Below are positions 9,834 to 18,651 of a DNA stretch of 64,000 nucleotides, in pieces. Position 1 is the stretch's first letter, and the number at the start of each line of letters is the position of its first letter. The stretch lies in the NCBI GenBank assembly GCA_963678315.1, contig OY782781.1:1728001-1792000 (forward strand). Direction: 5' to 3'. Source of the DNA: Candidatus Cloacimonadales bacterium. GTDB taxonomy: Bacteria > Cloacimonadota > Cloacimonadia > Cloacimonadales > JAFGVF01. The position numbers and the translations under genes are program-made. The notes under the pieces are model-generated. The model did no database searches. It was not told the DNA's origin and saw only the letters and a program-made list of their open reading frames with translations.

Positions 9834-12087
9834 AAAGAAAAAACTATTTAACTTAGTTGTTTTATATTTTAGTATCTTATGTCTATTATCAATTTCTATT
9901 GGTTTTGTTGTATATAAAGCTTTCTTAAAATTCTCTGACAATTTACCATCTCCTGATGATATTGTTAATTATGAAATTGCAATACCATCAAAGGTGTTTG
10001 ACTGTAGAGGGAATTTGATTCATACTTTCGCTAAAGAGAAAAGAGTCTTGGTTAGTTATAATGAAATTCCTCAATCATTCAAAGATGCAATTAAGGCTAC
10101 TGAAGATAGAAACTTCGAGACTCACTTTGGTATTGACTTATTAGGAACTGTAAGAGCTGCCTTAACCAATCTAAAAGCAGGTGATACTACTCAAGGAGCA
10201 AGCACGCTTACTCAGCAACTTGCAAGGAATCTATTTCTGAGTCATGAGCGTTCTTTTTCTCGTAAGATTAAAGAAGCTATGGTTACTTTCTTAATTGAAG
10301 ATAAGTTCTCTAAAGAAGAAATTATGGAGATTTACTTCAACAAGATTTATCTTGGTGATGGTATTTATGGAATTGGGAGAGCTTCTGAGTATTACTTTGG
10401 TAAGGACTTCAAAGATGTTTCCATTGCTGAAGCCGCCACTTTAGTTGGTATGTTACAGAGACCTAATTTCTTTGACCCTAGAAACAGGAAGGAAAGAACA
10501 AAACAAAGACGTGATTTAGTATTAAATAGAATGTATGTTACTGGAAAACTAGACAAGGAGTCTTTTAAGAAGGAATTAAATAGAGACTTAGTTTGCGTTG
10601 ATCCAGAAAATACTGATTTGAACTCTTACTACTTATATCATATAGGTAATGAGCTGGGCAATAAATATGGTTGGAAGACTCTATATGAAGATGGTTTATC
10701 TATTTACTTATCTCTTGATTGGGACTTAACACTTCATGCTGATACTTTATTGAATGAACAGCTTACCAAGATAGAAGATGAAATGGAGTATTCAATACGA
10801 TATGATGAACTGCCAACTGATACTACTGATATTGCTACTAGATATTTACAAGGTGGTATATTAGTTATGGATGCCCATACAGGTCATGTAAAAACAATGA
10901 TTGGTGGTAGAAACTTCAAACATAGTAAACTAAACCGAATTATGCAATCTCGAAGACAAGTCGGATCTTCTATCAAGCCTGTATTATATACTGCTGCTTT
11001 AGAGAATGGTTACACTGCATCAACTGTTATAAGAGATGATACATTGAAGATTAAAATGTTCGGTTATGATGATATTCCAAAAATAGAAGATCTTCCGGAT
11101 TCTCTTCTCGCTGATACGACATTGGTTGATTCTTTAAGAAAGCTAGAAAAGAAGTATCTATATTCTCCTAAGAACTATTCTAAACGGGCTGGTGGTTATA
11201 TTACTTTAAGAAGAGCTCTTAGAAATTCGTATAATGTCTATGCTGTTAAAACAATGTATGACATAGGTAAAGCAACAGTCTCAAAAAAATCTGAACTCTT
11301 TGGAATAAAAGTGCCACCATACTATTCATCAGCACTGGGAACTCCAGAATTAAAACCTATCGACATAATAACAGCATATACGGCATTCCCAAACCAAGGA
11401 AAGAGAGTTAAACCAATATTCATTAACAAGGTTTATGATAGATATGGTAATTTATTGGAAGAACCTACCACCGAAAATATACAAGTATGCGAACCGGATA
11501 TAGCATACATTATGAGTGATATTATGAAATCTGTAACTAGACTCGGAGGTACTGCAGGAAGATCTTTTAGTGATAAAAAGATATACCCTTGGGAATCGGC
11601 TGGTAAAACTGGTACAACGGATGACTATAAAGATGCCTGGTTTGTTGGATTCAATGGAAAGTATGTGATAGGTATTTGGACTGGTTTTGATAATTATTCA
11701 GCAGTTTCTGAAGACACATTAGGAGTTCAGTTTGATAGCTTAGGATATAAAATATCAGGCATGGGAAAAGGTATCGGCGGTGGTCATGCTTGTGCACCAA
11801 TTGCAAGCAGGATTTTAAGAAGATTAATTTTAAATGATAATAATCAAGAGGAACCATTAGCTGATGATCCAAGATATTGTTTCCAAAAACCAGATAATGT
11901 TGTGGAACTAATGGTTGATAGAAAAACAGGATTTAGAACATCTAACAGTAGTAATTGGAAAAAAGAAGTTTTTTCAACAAGATTTCCTTTCCCTCAGTTT
12001 GGAAGGCCTGGTTTGAAGTACAACTTCCCTCCAAGATATAGCTATGATGATCCTAATCCATTAATTGTTAATGAACTAAATAACTAG
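9814..12087 (+). CDS. Class A penicillin-binding protein (PBP1A family)
   Basis: TM anchor; transglycosylase motifs EDRNFETHFG, GASTLTQQLARN, RKIKE; transpeptidase motifs SSIK, SYN, KTG. Confidence 0.95.
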   Translation: MKKSLPKKKKLFNLVVLYFSILCLLSISIGFVVYKAFLKFSDNLPSPDDIVNYEIAIPSKVFDCRGNLIHTFAKEKRVLVSYNEIPQSFKDAIKATEDRNFETHFGIDLLGTVRAALTNLKAGDTTQGASTLTQQLARNLFLSHERSFSRKIKEAMVTFLIEDKFSKEEIMEIYFNKIYLGDGIYGIGRASEYYFGKDFKDVSIAEAATLVGMLQRPNFFDPRNRKERTKQRRDLVLNRMYVTGKLDKESFKKELNRDLVCVDPENTDLNSYYLYHIGNELGNKYGWKTLYEDGLSIYLSLDWDLTLHADTLLNEQLTKIEDEMEYSIRYDELPTDTTDIATRYLQGGILVMDAHTGHVKTMIGGRNFKHSKLNRIMQSRRQVGSSIKPVLYTAALENGYTASTVIRDDTLKIKMFGYDDIPKIEDLPDSLLADTTLVDSLRKLEKKYLYSPKNYSKRAGGYITLRRALRNSYNVYAVKTMYDIGKATVSKKSELFGIKVPPYYSSALGTPELKPIDIITAYTAFPNQGKRVKPIFINKVYDRYGNLLEEPTTENIQVCEPDIAYIMSDIMKSVTRLGGTAGRSFSDKKIYPWESAGKTGTTDDYKDAWFVGFNGKYVIGIWTGFDNYSAVSEDTLGVQFDSLGYKISGMGKGIGGGHACAPIASRILRRLILNDNNQEEPLADDPRYCFQKPDNVVELMVDRKTGFRTSNSSNWKKEVFSTRFPFPQFGRPGLKYNFPPRYSYDDPNPLIVNELNN

Positions 12088-12097
12088 ATAGGGTGCT

Positions 12098-13255
12098 ATG
12101 GAAAACATTATTCTGTTAGTAACATTGATTTCAGGGCTTCTATATTTTGCTCTTTCATTAACCTATTCATGGGCATTGAATCATGTGAAAGTTAAGAAAT
12201 CACCAAAGAAACGAAGAGTTTCAGTTATTATAGCTTGTAGAAATGAAGAAGAAACACTCCCCGAACTGCTAACTATATTAACTAATCAAACATATCCATC
12301 TGATTTATATGAAGTGATTATTGCTAATGATGAATCTTCTGATAAATCTGAAGAGATTCTTCAATCTTTTTCACGTAAATATAATAATATTATTTATTTC
12401 AATGTAGCAGGTCGTTCTAATGCAATTTCCCCCAAAAAGAATGCTCTAACACAAGCGATACAAAGAGCTCAAGGTGAGATACTATTGTTAACTGATGCAG
12501 ATTGTTTTCCTAAATCTACTTGGATTGAATCCATGGTTCAAGCATTTAAAGATGATGTTTCAATGGTTGCTGGTTATTCTTATACAAATATTGATTGGAA
12601 GAAAGCTAGTTTTGTTCAAAAATTTGAATTCATTGACCTCTTATGTTTGTATATTGGTTTAGCAGGTGGATTTGCTTTAGGTAGAAAATTTACTTGTATA
12701 GGGCAAAATCTTGCATATACTAAAGCTGCTTTTGAACAAGTAGGTGGTTTTAGCAAGATTAAGAATTATATTTCTGGTGATGATTGCAATTTTATGCAGT
12801 TAGTTAGAAAAGAAAAATTGAAAATAGAATTTAATTTTGATGAAAAGAGTTTTGTGAAAACAAAGCCTATTCAACGATGGAAGAAATTATTTAATCAACA
12901 TAGCAGATGGTTTTCCAACTTAAAACTCATGTTTAAACTAAACACAGAATTCTTTATAATTTTAAGTCTTTTGTTTATCTATTATGTCGGTATTGTAACA
13001 TCACTTTTTATTGATTGGAGATTCTTTGTCTTATTCTTAGCATTGAAGTTTGTTGGAGAGATGCAAATGTTCTTTTTCTCTTATCCTATTTTCAAAGTTA
13101 GTAGAAAACTAATTTATTTTTACCCTATTTGGATGGCTATACAAACTATTTTTAATATTTTGACAATATTCATTGGACAATTTAACATGTTTGTATGGCA
13201 TGGTAAAAAACAGAAAGTAGTAAAAGGGAAAGCGAATGAAGTATTTGATACTTGA
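12098..13255 (+). CDS. GT2 glycosyltransferase, membrane-bound
   Basis: VSVIIACRNEE, TDAD, GDD, QHSRW (QxxRW) motifs; C-terminal TM helices. Confidence 0.9.
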   Translation: MENIILLVTLISGLLYFALSLTYSWALNHVKVKKSPKKRRVSVIIACRNEEETLPELLTILTNQTYPSDLYEVIIANDESSDKSEEILQSFSRKYNNIIYFNVAGRSNAISPKKNALTQAIQRAQGEILLLTDADCFPKSTWIESMVQAFKDDVSMVAGYSYTNIDWKKASFVQKFEFIDLLCLYIGLAGGFALGRKFTCIGQNLAYTKAAFEQVGGFSKIKNYISGDDCNFMQLVRKEKLKIEFNFDEKSFVKTKPIQRWKKLFNQHSRWFSNLKLMFKLNTEFFIILSLLFIYYVGIVTSLFIDWRFFVLFLALKFVGEMQMFFFSYPIFKVSRKLIYFYPIWMAIQTIFNILTIFIGQFNMFVWHGKKQKVVKGKANEVFDT

Positions 13256-14309
13256 TGATTTAAAATTAGATCAAGGTAAAGTTAGTCCTCTTCGATCTCA
13301 ATTCGATTTAAGAGCAGGAATTTTAAAATTAAGACAGAAGATAGAAGGTTTATTCGGTATAGAAGATAGTTACTTGATAGTTAGCAGAAAGCTGGAAGAT
13401 GTTTATACAGAAAGATTTCCTAACAAGACTATAAACACATTACCATTTGGTGATGTTTGTATTATTAATGCACGTATTAAACTCGATTCTAAAGCAATTG
13501 ATATAATAGAACAACTGGAAAACAACGTTATAGCAGTTAATGAATTAAATGAACTGCTAGCAGTAAAATATAACAATTCTAATGAATCTAAAGTTGATTC
13601 TGATGAATTTGAGGAAAGAGACTTTTCTAATTTAACGACTGTAAAGCGTGATATTAAATTATGGCAATCTGTTGATGAAATTGTTCAATGCAATTCTGAA
13701 CTAATTTGCAAAGATTATAATGAATTCTTTTATGAAAAAGATAACTTTTTCGAAACTGAGCAGGGTGTTACTGTTTTAAATCCTTATAATGTTTGGATTG
13801 GGGAAGGAGCAGTTTTGAAACATGGAGTAGTTATCGATGCTTCAGATGGTCCTGTTGTTATTGATGAAAACTCGGTAATAGGACTAAATTCAACAATTGA
13901 AGGACCTGCCTATATTGGTAAGAATACAATCATAAAAGCTTCTACAAATATTTTTCCAGGAACATCTATTGGCCCTGAATCAATGATATCTGGTCAAATC
14001 CAAAACTCAATTCTTCAAGCTTTCTGTTTTAAACCATTTACAGGTGTTTTTAATCTATGCTATGTTGGTGAATGGACTAAAATTGAAGCAGGAGTTAATG
14101 TAGATTCTGATTTCTTTAATGATGGGGAAGTTACAATTATCAGGGATTTAACAAAATCATTCAACTTCAGTCAAAACTCAGAGAATCTTATTTGTCAATA
14201 CCAAGAGATGAGACTTAATAAGATTAAGGCTATGAAGTTTGACAAAAACATTGAACTAACTAAAATTGAATCTTGTGTATTAAAAGATTATTTAAATGAG
14301 GATAGCTAA
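13236..14309 (+). CDS. GlmU-like putative sugar nucleotidyltransferase / hexapeptide-repeat protein
   Basis: PLRSQFDLRAGILKLRQK N-terminus; left-handed beta-helix repeats (VIDASDGPVVID, IEGPAYIG). Confidence 0.75.
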   Translation: MKYLILDDLKLDQGKVSPLRSQFDLRAGILKLRQKIEGLFGIEDSYLIVSRKLEDVYTERFPNKTINTLPFGDVCIINARIKLDSKAIDIIEQLENNVIAVNELNELLAVKYNNSNESKVDSDEFEERDFSNLTTVKRDIKLWQSVDEIVQCNSELICKDYNEFFYEKDNFFETEQGVTVLNPYNVWIGEGAVLKHGVVIDASDGPVVIDENSVIGLNSTIEGPAYIGKNTIIKASTNIFPGTSIGPESMISGQIQNSILQAFCFKPFTGVFNLCYVGEWTKIEAGVNVDSDFFNDGEVTIIRDLTKSFNFSQNSENLICQYQEMRLNKIKAMKFDKNIELTKIESCVLKDYLNEDS

Positions 14310-15172
14310 TGGAAAAATATATAGAAATAGAGTTTAGATCGGGTAAAATAGCTTATATTAAAGTACCCCAAGATCTTGAACTTAAACCAGACGATTGTCT
14401 GATTATTGAAGTTGAACGAGGTATTGACTTTTGTCAGGTACTCACATCAAATGTTCCTGATGAACAGATTGAAAAACTTAGATCTGAGTATAAAGAATAT
14501 AAATATGTAAGAATGTCTGAAGATAATGACATAAAAGCATTAGATATTATTAAGTCAAAAGAAGAAAAAGCTTCAGAGATCTTTATTGATACTCTTTCAC
14601 GTTATGACTTTGAAATGAAACTAATAAGTACAGTTTATCAATATGATGGAAATAAGTTAACTTTCAATTTCACTGCTGATGGACGTATTGACTTTAGACT
14701 ATTTGTAAGAGAACTAGCAAATGTCTTTAAAACTAGAATCGAGCTACATCAAACTACTGGTAGAGATGAAGCTAAAATGCTTGGTGGATTTGGCATGTGT
14801 GGAAAAGTTTATTGCTGTAATTCCTTTATGAGGAAGTTCAACCAAGTTACTATAAAGATGGCAAAGGACCAAAACTTAGCTGGAAACCTATCTAAGATTT
14901 CCGGTCCATGTGGTAGGTTGTTATGTTGCCTTCAGTTTGAAGAAGATTATTATGAAGAAATAGCAAAAGACTTTCCAGTTATTGGAACCAAATGCCTGTT
15001 AAATAAACAAATGTGGTATGTTTTTAAAAACGACTATTACAATAAAAAAGTATATCTATCTGCAGAAGATCAATCTATGGAAGTTATTCCTTTAGCTGAG
15101 TTTGATAAGAAAGCTAAGATTAAGTATGTACCAAAGGACGATGAAATTGCACAAATCCCAGGACGCTATTAA
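14309..15172 (+). CDS. ricT: PSP1-domain protein RicT/YaaT
   Basis: FTADGRIDFRLFVRELA, RDEAKMLGGFGMCG...CC, KISGPCGRLLCCL motifs. Confidence 0.92.
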   Translation: MEKYIEIEFRSGKIAYIKVPQDLELKPDDCLIIEVERGIDFCQVLTSNVPDEQIEKLRSEYKEYKYVRMSEDNDIKALDIIKSKEEKASEIFIDTLSRYDFEMKLISTVYQYDGNKLTFNFTADGRIDFRLFVRELANVFKTRIELHQTTGRDEAKMLGGFGMCGKVYCCNSFMRKFNQVTIKMAKDQNLAGNLSKISGPCGRLLCCLQFEEDYYEEIAKDFPVIGTKCLLNKQMWYVFKNDYYNKKVYLSAEDQSMEVIPLAEFDKKAKIKYVPKDDEIAQIPGRY

Positions 15173-16196
15173 TATATTAGACTTAACTCCAGAAGAAGTT
15201 TATGATAAAATAAAGGAGTTAGGTGAAAGTAAATTTAGAGCTAGCCAGCTATTAGATTGGATTTATAAAAAGCACATATTTAACTATGATGAGATGCTTA
15301 ACCTATCAAAAAAGCTTAGAATAAAGCTCTCTCAAGAATTGAAATTAAAGTTACCTAAAGTAGTAGAATCATATAAATCATCAGATGGCTCAGTAAAATT
15401 CTTATTGTCATTAAGAGATAATGAGAATATTGAAATGGTACTAATGCCTAATGAAAAAACTGCTACCTTATGTATTTCTTCTCAAGTAGGTTGTGCTAGA
15501 AAGTGCCAGTTTTGTGCTACAGCTCAATTAGGATTAACAAGAAATCTTGAGACTTCAGAAATAGTAGGACAACTACTAGTAGTACAAAAATACCTAAAAT
15601 ATAGAAAGCTATCGAATGTAGTTTTCATGGGAATGGGAGAACCCCTAGATAATTTCGATAATGTTATTCAAGCATTAAGGATTATAACTCACGAACAAGG
15701 CCTTAACTTAAGCTCTAGGAAAATTACTGTTTCAACTTGTGGTATTATCCCTAATATCAATAAATTAGCTCAGTCAGACGTTAAAGTAAAATTAGCTGTT
15801 TCACTTAATGCAGCTTTAGATAAGAAAAGAGATATCTTAATGCCTGTTAATCAAATCTATTCACTTCCAGAATTGAAAAAGTGTTTGCTTGATTTTAGAA
15901 AAAAGACAGCATATAGAATAACTTTTGAGTATGTTTTAATAAAGAATTTCAATATGGGGATAGAAGATATTATTGCTTTAAATAAGTTCTTAGGTGATCA
16001 ATCATGTAAATTAAATCTTATTGCCTGGAATGAGGTTGAAGGTCTTGATTATAAATCTCCATCTGAACAAGATATAGAAGACTTCAGAGCTTCATTAGAT
16101 AAATTAAAATGCCCAATAATCCTTCGTGATAGTAGAGGTAATGATATCAATGCTGCTTGTGGACAGTTAGCACTTAAAAATAAAAGAGAGGAGTAA
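15141..16196 (+). CDS. rlmN: Dual-specificity rRNA/tRNA m2A methyltransferase (radical SAM)
   Basis: CISSQVGCARKCQFCAT, MGMGEP, AACGQL motifs; ATG 15141 after AAGGA preferred over the ORF-track start at 15102. Confidence 0.96.
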   Translation: MKLHKSQDAINILDLTPEEVYDKIKELGESKFRASQLLDWIYKKHIFNYDEMLNLSKKLRIKLSQELKLKLPKVVESYKSSDGSVKFLLSLRDNENIEMVLMPNEKTATLCISSQVGCARKCQFCATAQLGLTRNLETSEIVGQLLVVQKYLKYRKLSNVVFMGMGEPLDNFDNVIQALRIITHEQGLNLSSRKITVSTCGIIPNINKLAQSDVKVKLAVSLNAALDKKRDILMPVNQIYSLPELKKCLLDFRKKTAYRITFEYVLIKNFNMGIEDIIALNKFLGDQSCKLNLIAWNEVEGLDYKSPSEQDIEDFRASLDKLKCPIILRDSRGNDINAACGQLALKNKREE

Positions 16197-16198
16197 TC

Positions 16199-16981
16199 AT
16201 GACTAGTACAAAAAGTTTAGCTATACAATTATTTGACCTTGATGAGAATTTAGCTTGTAAATGTAATGGTAATCATGAGGTGTGTTTAAACTGTAGAGTT
16301 TGCAGAGCACTTCAACCGAATCAACTAGCTACAGATTTTGATAATTTAGCACAATACATTGACCATACAGCCCTGAAAGCTGAAACAACAAATAACGATA
16401 TTGAAAAACTATGCAATGAAGCTGACCAACTGGCAACTAAATCAGTATGTGTTAACCCTTTGTATGTTAAGAAAGCAAGTTCTTTATTAAAGAAAGCACT
16501 AACATGTACAGTTGTAGGTTTTCCTTTATCTAATTCATTAAGCTCCACTATTGTTGATGAAACCTTAAGAGCTATTAAAGATGGTGCTACTGAAATTGAT
16601 ATGGTCCTTAAAGTAGGATGGCTTAAAGATAAAAGATATGATGATATTGTAAAAGAGATTAGTCTTGTATCTCAAGCATGTGAGCAAAATGGAGCTATTC
16701 TAAAGGTTATTTTCGAAAACTGTTTACTTACAAAAGAAGAAATTGCAATTGCAAGCTTATTAAGTAAGAAAGCTGGAGCTGAGTTTGTTAAAACTTCAAC
16801 TGGTTTTAATAAGAGTGGGGCAGATGTCGAAGATGTAGCAATTATGCGTGGAGTTGTAGGTCCTCATTACGGAGTAAAAGCAGCTGGTGGCATTAGAGAT
16901 AAAGAAACTGCAATTTCTATGCTAAAAGCTGGCGCTAATAGAATTGGAGCTAGTGCTACAATTAAAATTGTAAAGGGATAA
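16199..16981 (+). CDS. deoC: Deoxyribose-phosphate aldolase with Cys-rich N-terminal extension
   Basis: IDHT, VVGFP, EIDMV, FVKTSTGF, VKAAGGIR, RIGAS motifs. Confidence 0.96.
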   Translation: MTSTKSLAIQLFDLDENLACKCNGNHEVCLNCRVCRALQPNQLATDFDNLAQYIDHTALKAETTNNDIEKLCNEADQLATKSVCVNPLYVKKASSLLKKALTCTVVGFPLSNSLSSTIVDETLRAIKDGATEIDMVLKVGWLKDKRYDDIVKEISLVSQACEQNGAILKVIFENCLLTKEEIAIASLLSKKAGAEFVKTSTGFNKSGADVEDVAIMRGVVGPHYGVKAAGGIRDKETAISMLKAGANRIGASATIKIVKG

Positions 16982-16982
16982 G

Positions 16983-18347
16983 ATGAAAGTACGTATTGCC
17001 GGATATAATATAGATAAATCTTTAATGAGTGGATTAGATAAGCATCAGGCAACTCCTGAAGTAATTTCGGCTGCCTATGCTAGAATAAGCAGAAGCTCAA
17101 AAGATGTTACTTCCTTAAGGAAACAAGCCCTAAATGAAGTTGAGAAAGCTAGGACATCTAATGAAAGTATAATCTTTGGTATGGGGCATGGCTCTATAGC
17201 TGAGCATGCTGTATTTAACATTGATTTATTAGGAGTAACTAGATTTATTACCGAATTCATTCAAAAATCTAGACTTGCCTCCTTTACAGAAAAATCTCAA
17301 CGCTATGTTACTTTAAAAAGTGATTATCTTATTCCTAGTGATTTACCAAAGATTCTAAAGCAGGAATATATCGAGTTAATGACCTACCTTTTTAATACTT
17401 ACCATGAATTCTACGAAGTTGCCAAGCAAGCACTTATAGATTCTGATTTTAAAGGTCCCAAAAGAGATTTGGAAGGTAAAGCTAAAGAAGATGCAAGATA
17501 CATCTTACCGCTTTCTACATTATCTCAAATGGGAATGACAATCAATGCAAGAAGTCTGGAAAGATTGCTAAAAAGACTAGATAAAACTCATTTAGAAGAA
17601 GCAAAGACATTGAAAGAAGAATTGTATAAACTAGTTAGTGAGATTTCTCCTTCGGTAGTAAAATATGTTGATGCTGAAGCTTATGATTTCAATGTAATCA
17701 CAAAACCAATTTTTTCTGAATTTGATAATGATTTTGTTTGGAAACTAATATCTCATTCTACAAGTCCAGATATCAATATCTTAGCTTATCTGATTTTTGA
17801 ACAAACTGGAGAGTCTGTTGACTCTATCAAGCAATACCTTGAAACATTGAATTCAGATGAACTTAAACAGATGTTCAATAATATCTTTGATAACATGAAA
17901 GCATATCATCTTCCTATAAAAGCTTTTGAAGCTTCTGAGTTCGAATTCCAATTGGATATGTCATCATCATGCTTTGCTCAATTAAAAAGACATAGAATGG
18001 CTACTATTATCAAATCTGATTATAATCCTGAACATGGCTATGTTATCCCACCTCAAATTACTGAGTTAGGACTTGAAGGTAAATTCAATGAAGCCTGTTC
18101 AAGAGTAAGTTCTTTCTTTAAGAAGCTTGATGCTAATATTGCTCCTTATGTTCTAACCAATTCACACAAAGTACGTGTTTTATTTAAAGCTAATTTACGT
18201 GAATTATATCATTTTAGTAGATTAAGAAGTGATAAACATGCTCAATGGGAAATACAGAACATTTCAGATTTTATCATTTCCGAAATTAAGAAAGTAGCTC
18301 CTTTATCTGCTTCACTAATGATGGGTAAACACCAATTCAATAAATAG
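16983..18347 (+). CDS. thyX: FAD-dependent thymidylate synthase, tandem two-domain type
   Basis: 454 aa; GHGSIAEH, SFTEKSQRY and EDARYILP in the N-half; QLKRHR and NLREL...HAQWEI in the C-half. Confidence 0.9.
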   Translation: MKVRIAGYNIDKSLMSGLDKHQATPEVISAAYARISRSSKDVTSLRKQALNEVEKARTSNESIIFGMGHGSIAEHAVFNIDLLGVTRFITEFIQKSRLASFTEKSQRYVTLKSDYLIPSDLPKILKQEYIELMTYLFNTYHEFYEVAKQALIDSDFKGPKRDLEGKAKEDARYILPLSTLSQMGMTINARSLERLLKRLDKTHLEEAKTLKEELYKLVSEISPSVVKYVDAEAYDFNVITKPIFSEFDNDFVWKLISHSTSPDINILAYLIFEQTGESVDSIKQYLETLNSDELKQMFNNIFDNMKAYHLPIKAFEASEFEFQLDMSSSCFAQLKRHRMATIIKSDYNPEHGYVIPPQITELGLEGKFNEACSRVSSFFKKLDANIAPYVLTNSHKVRVLFKANLRELYHFSRLRSDKHAQWEIQNISDFIISEIKKVAPLSASLMMGKHQFNK

Positions 18348-18367
18348 AATTATAATAAATTATATTT

Positions 18368-18398
18368 AGAGCTCTTGTTTTTTTGCAAGAGCTTTATT
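18368..18398 (+). terminator. Putative terminator after thyX
   Basis: AGCTCTTG...CAAGAGCT hairpin followed by TTATT. Confidence 0.55.
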
Positions 18399-18435
18399 AT
18401 TAGGCTTAATATTCTGGAAATCCCATATTTCGTTT

Positions 18436-18612
18436 AAATCCAGATGATGCATTAGTCTTGGAGAAAATAGTGCATATCCCGTCTGAGCCGGGCACGGTCT
18501 TTCAGCAAAATAAGTTGCAGAATCGAAGCTTGAATAATATATATTCCTGTTGAGGTTATGGAACTTATTCTAGCCATGAGTCTTCTCTAAAGCTTTGCCT
18601 TCACAGGAATAA
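18436..18612. repeat. REP-like palindromic fragments
   Basis: CCAGATGATGCATTAG (18440-18455) is the reverse complement of 38312-38327; long imperfect inverted repeat TATTCCTGT...ACAGGAATA (18542-18610). Confidence 0.5.
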
Positions 18613-18651
18613 TATAGTACTATTTTTCAAGTTCTAGTGTATTATTTGGGT

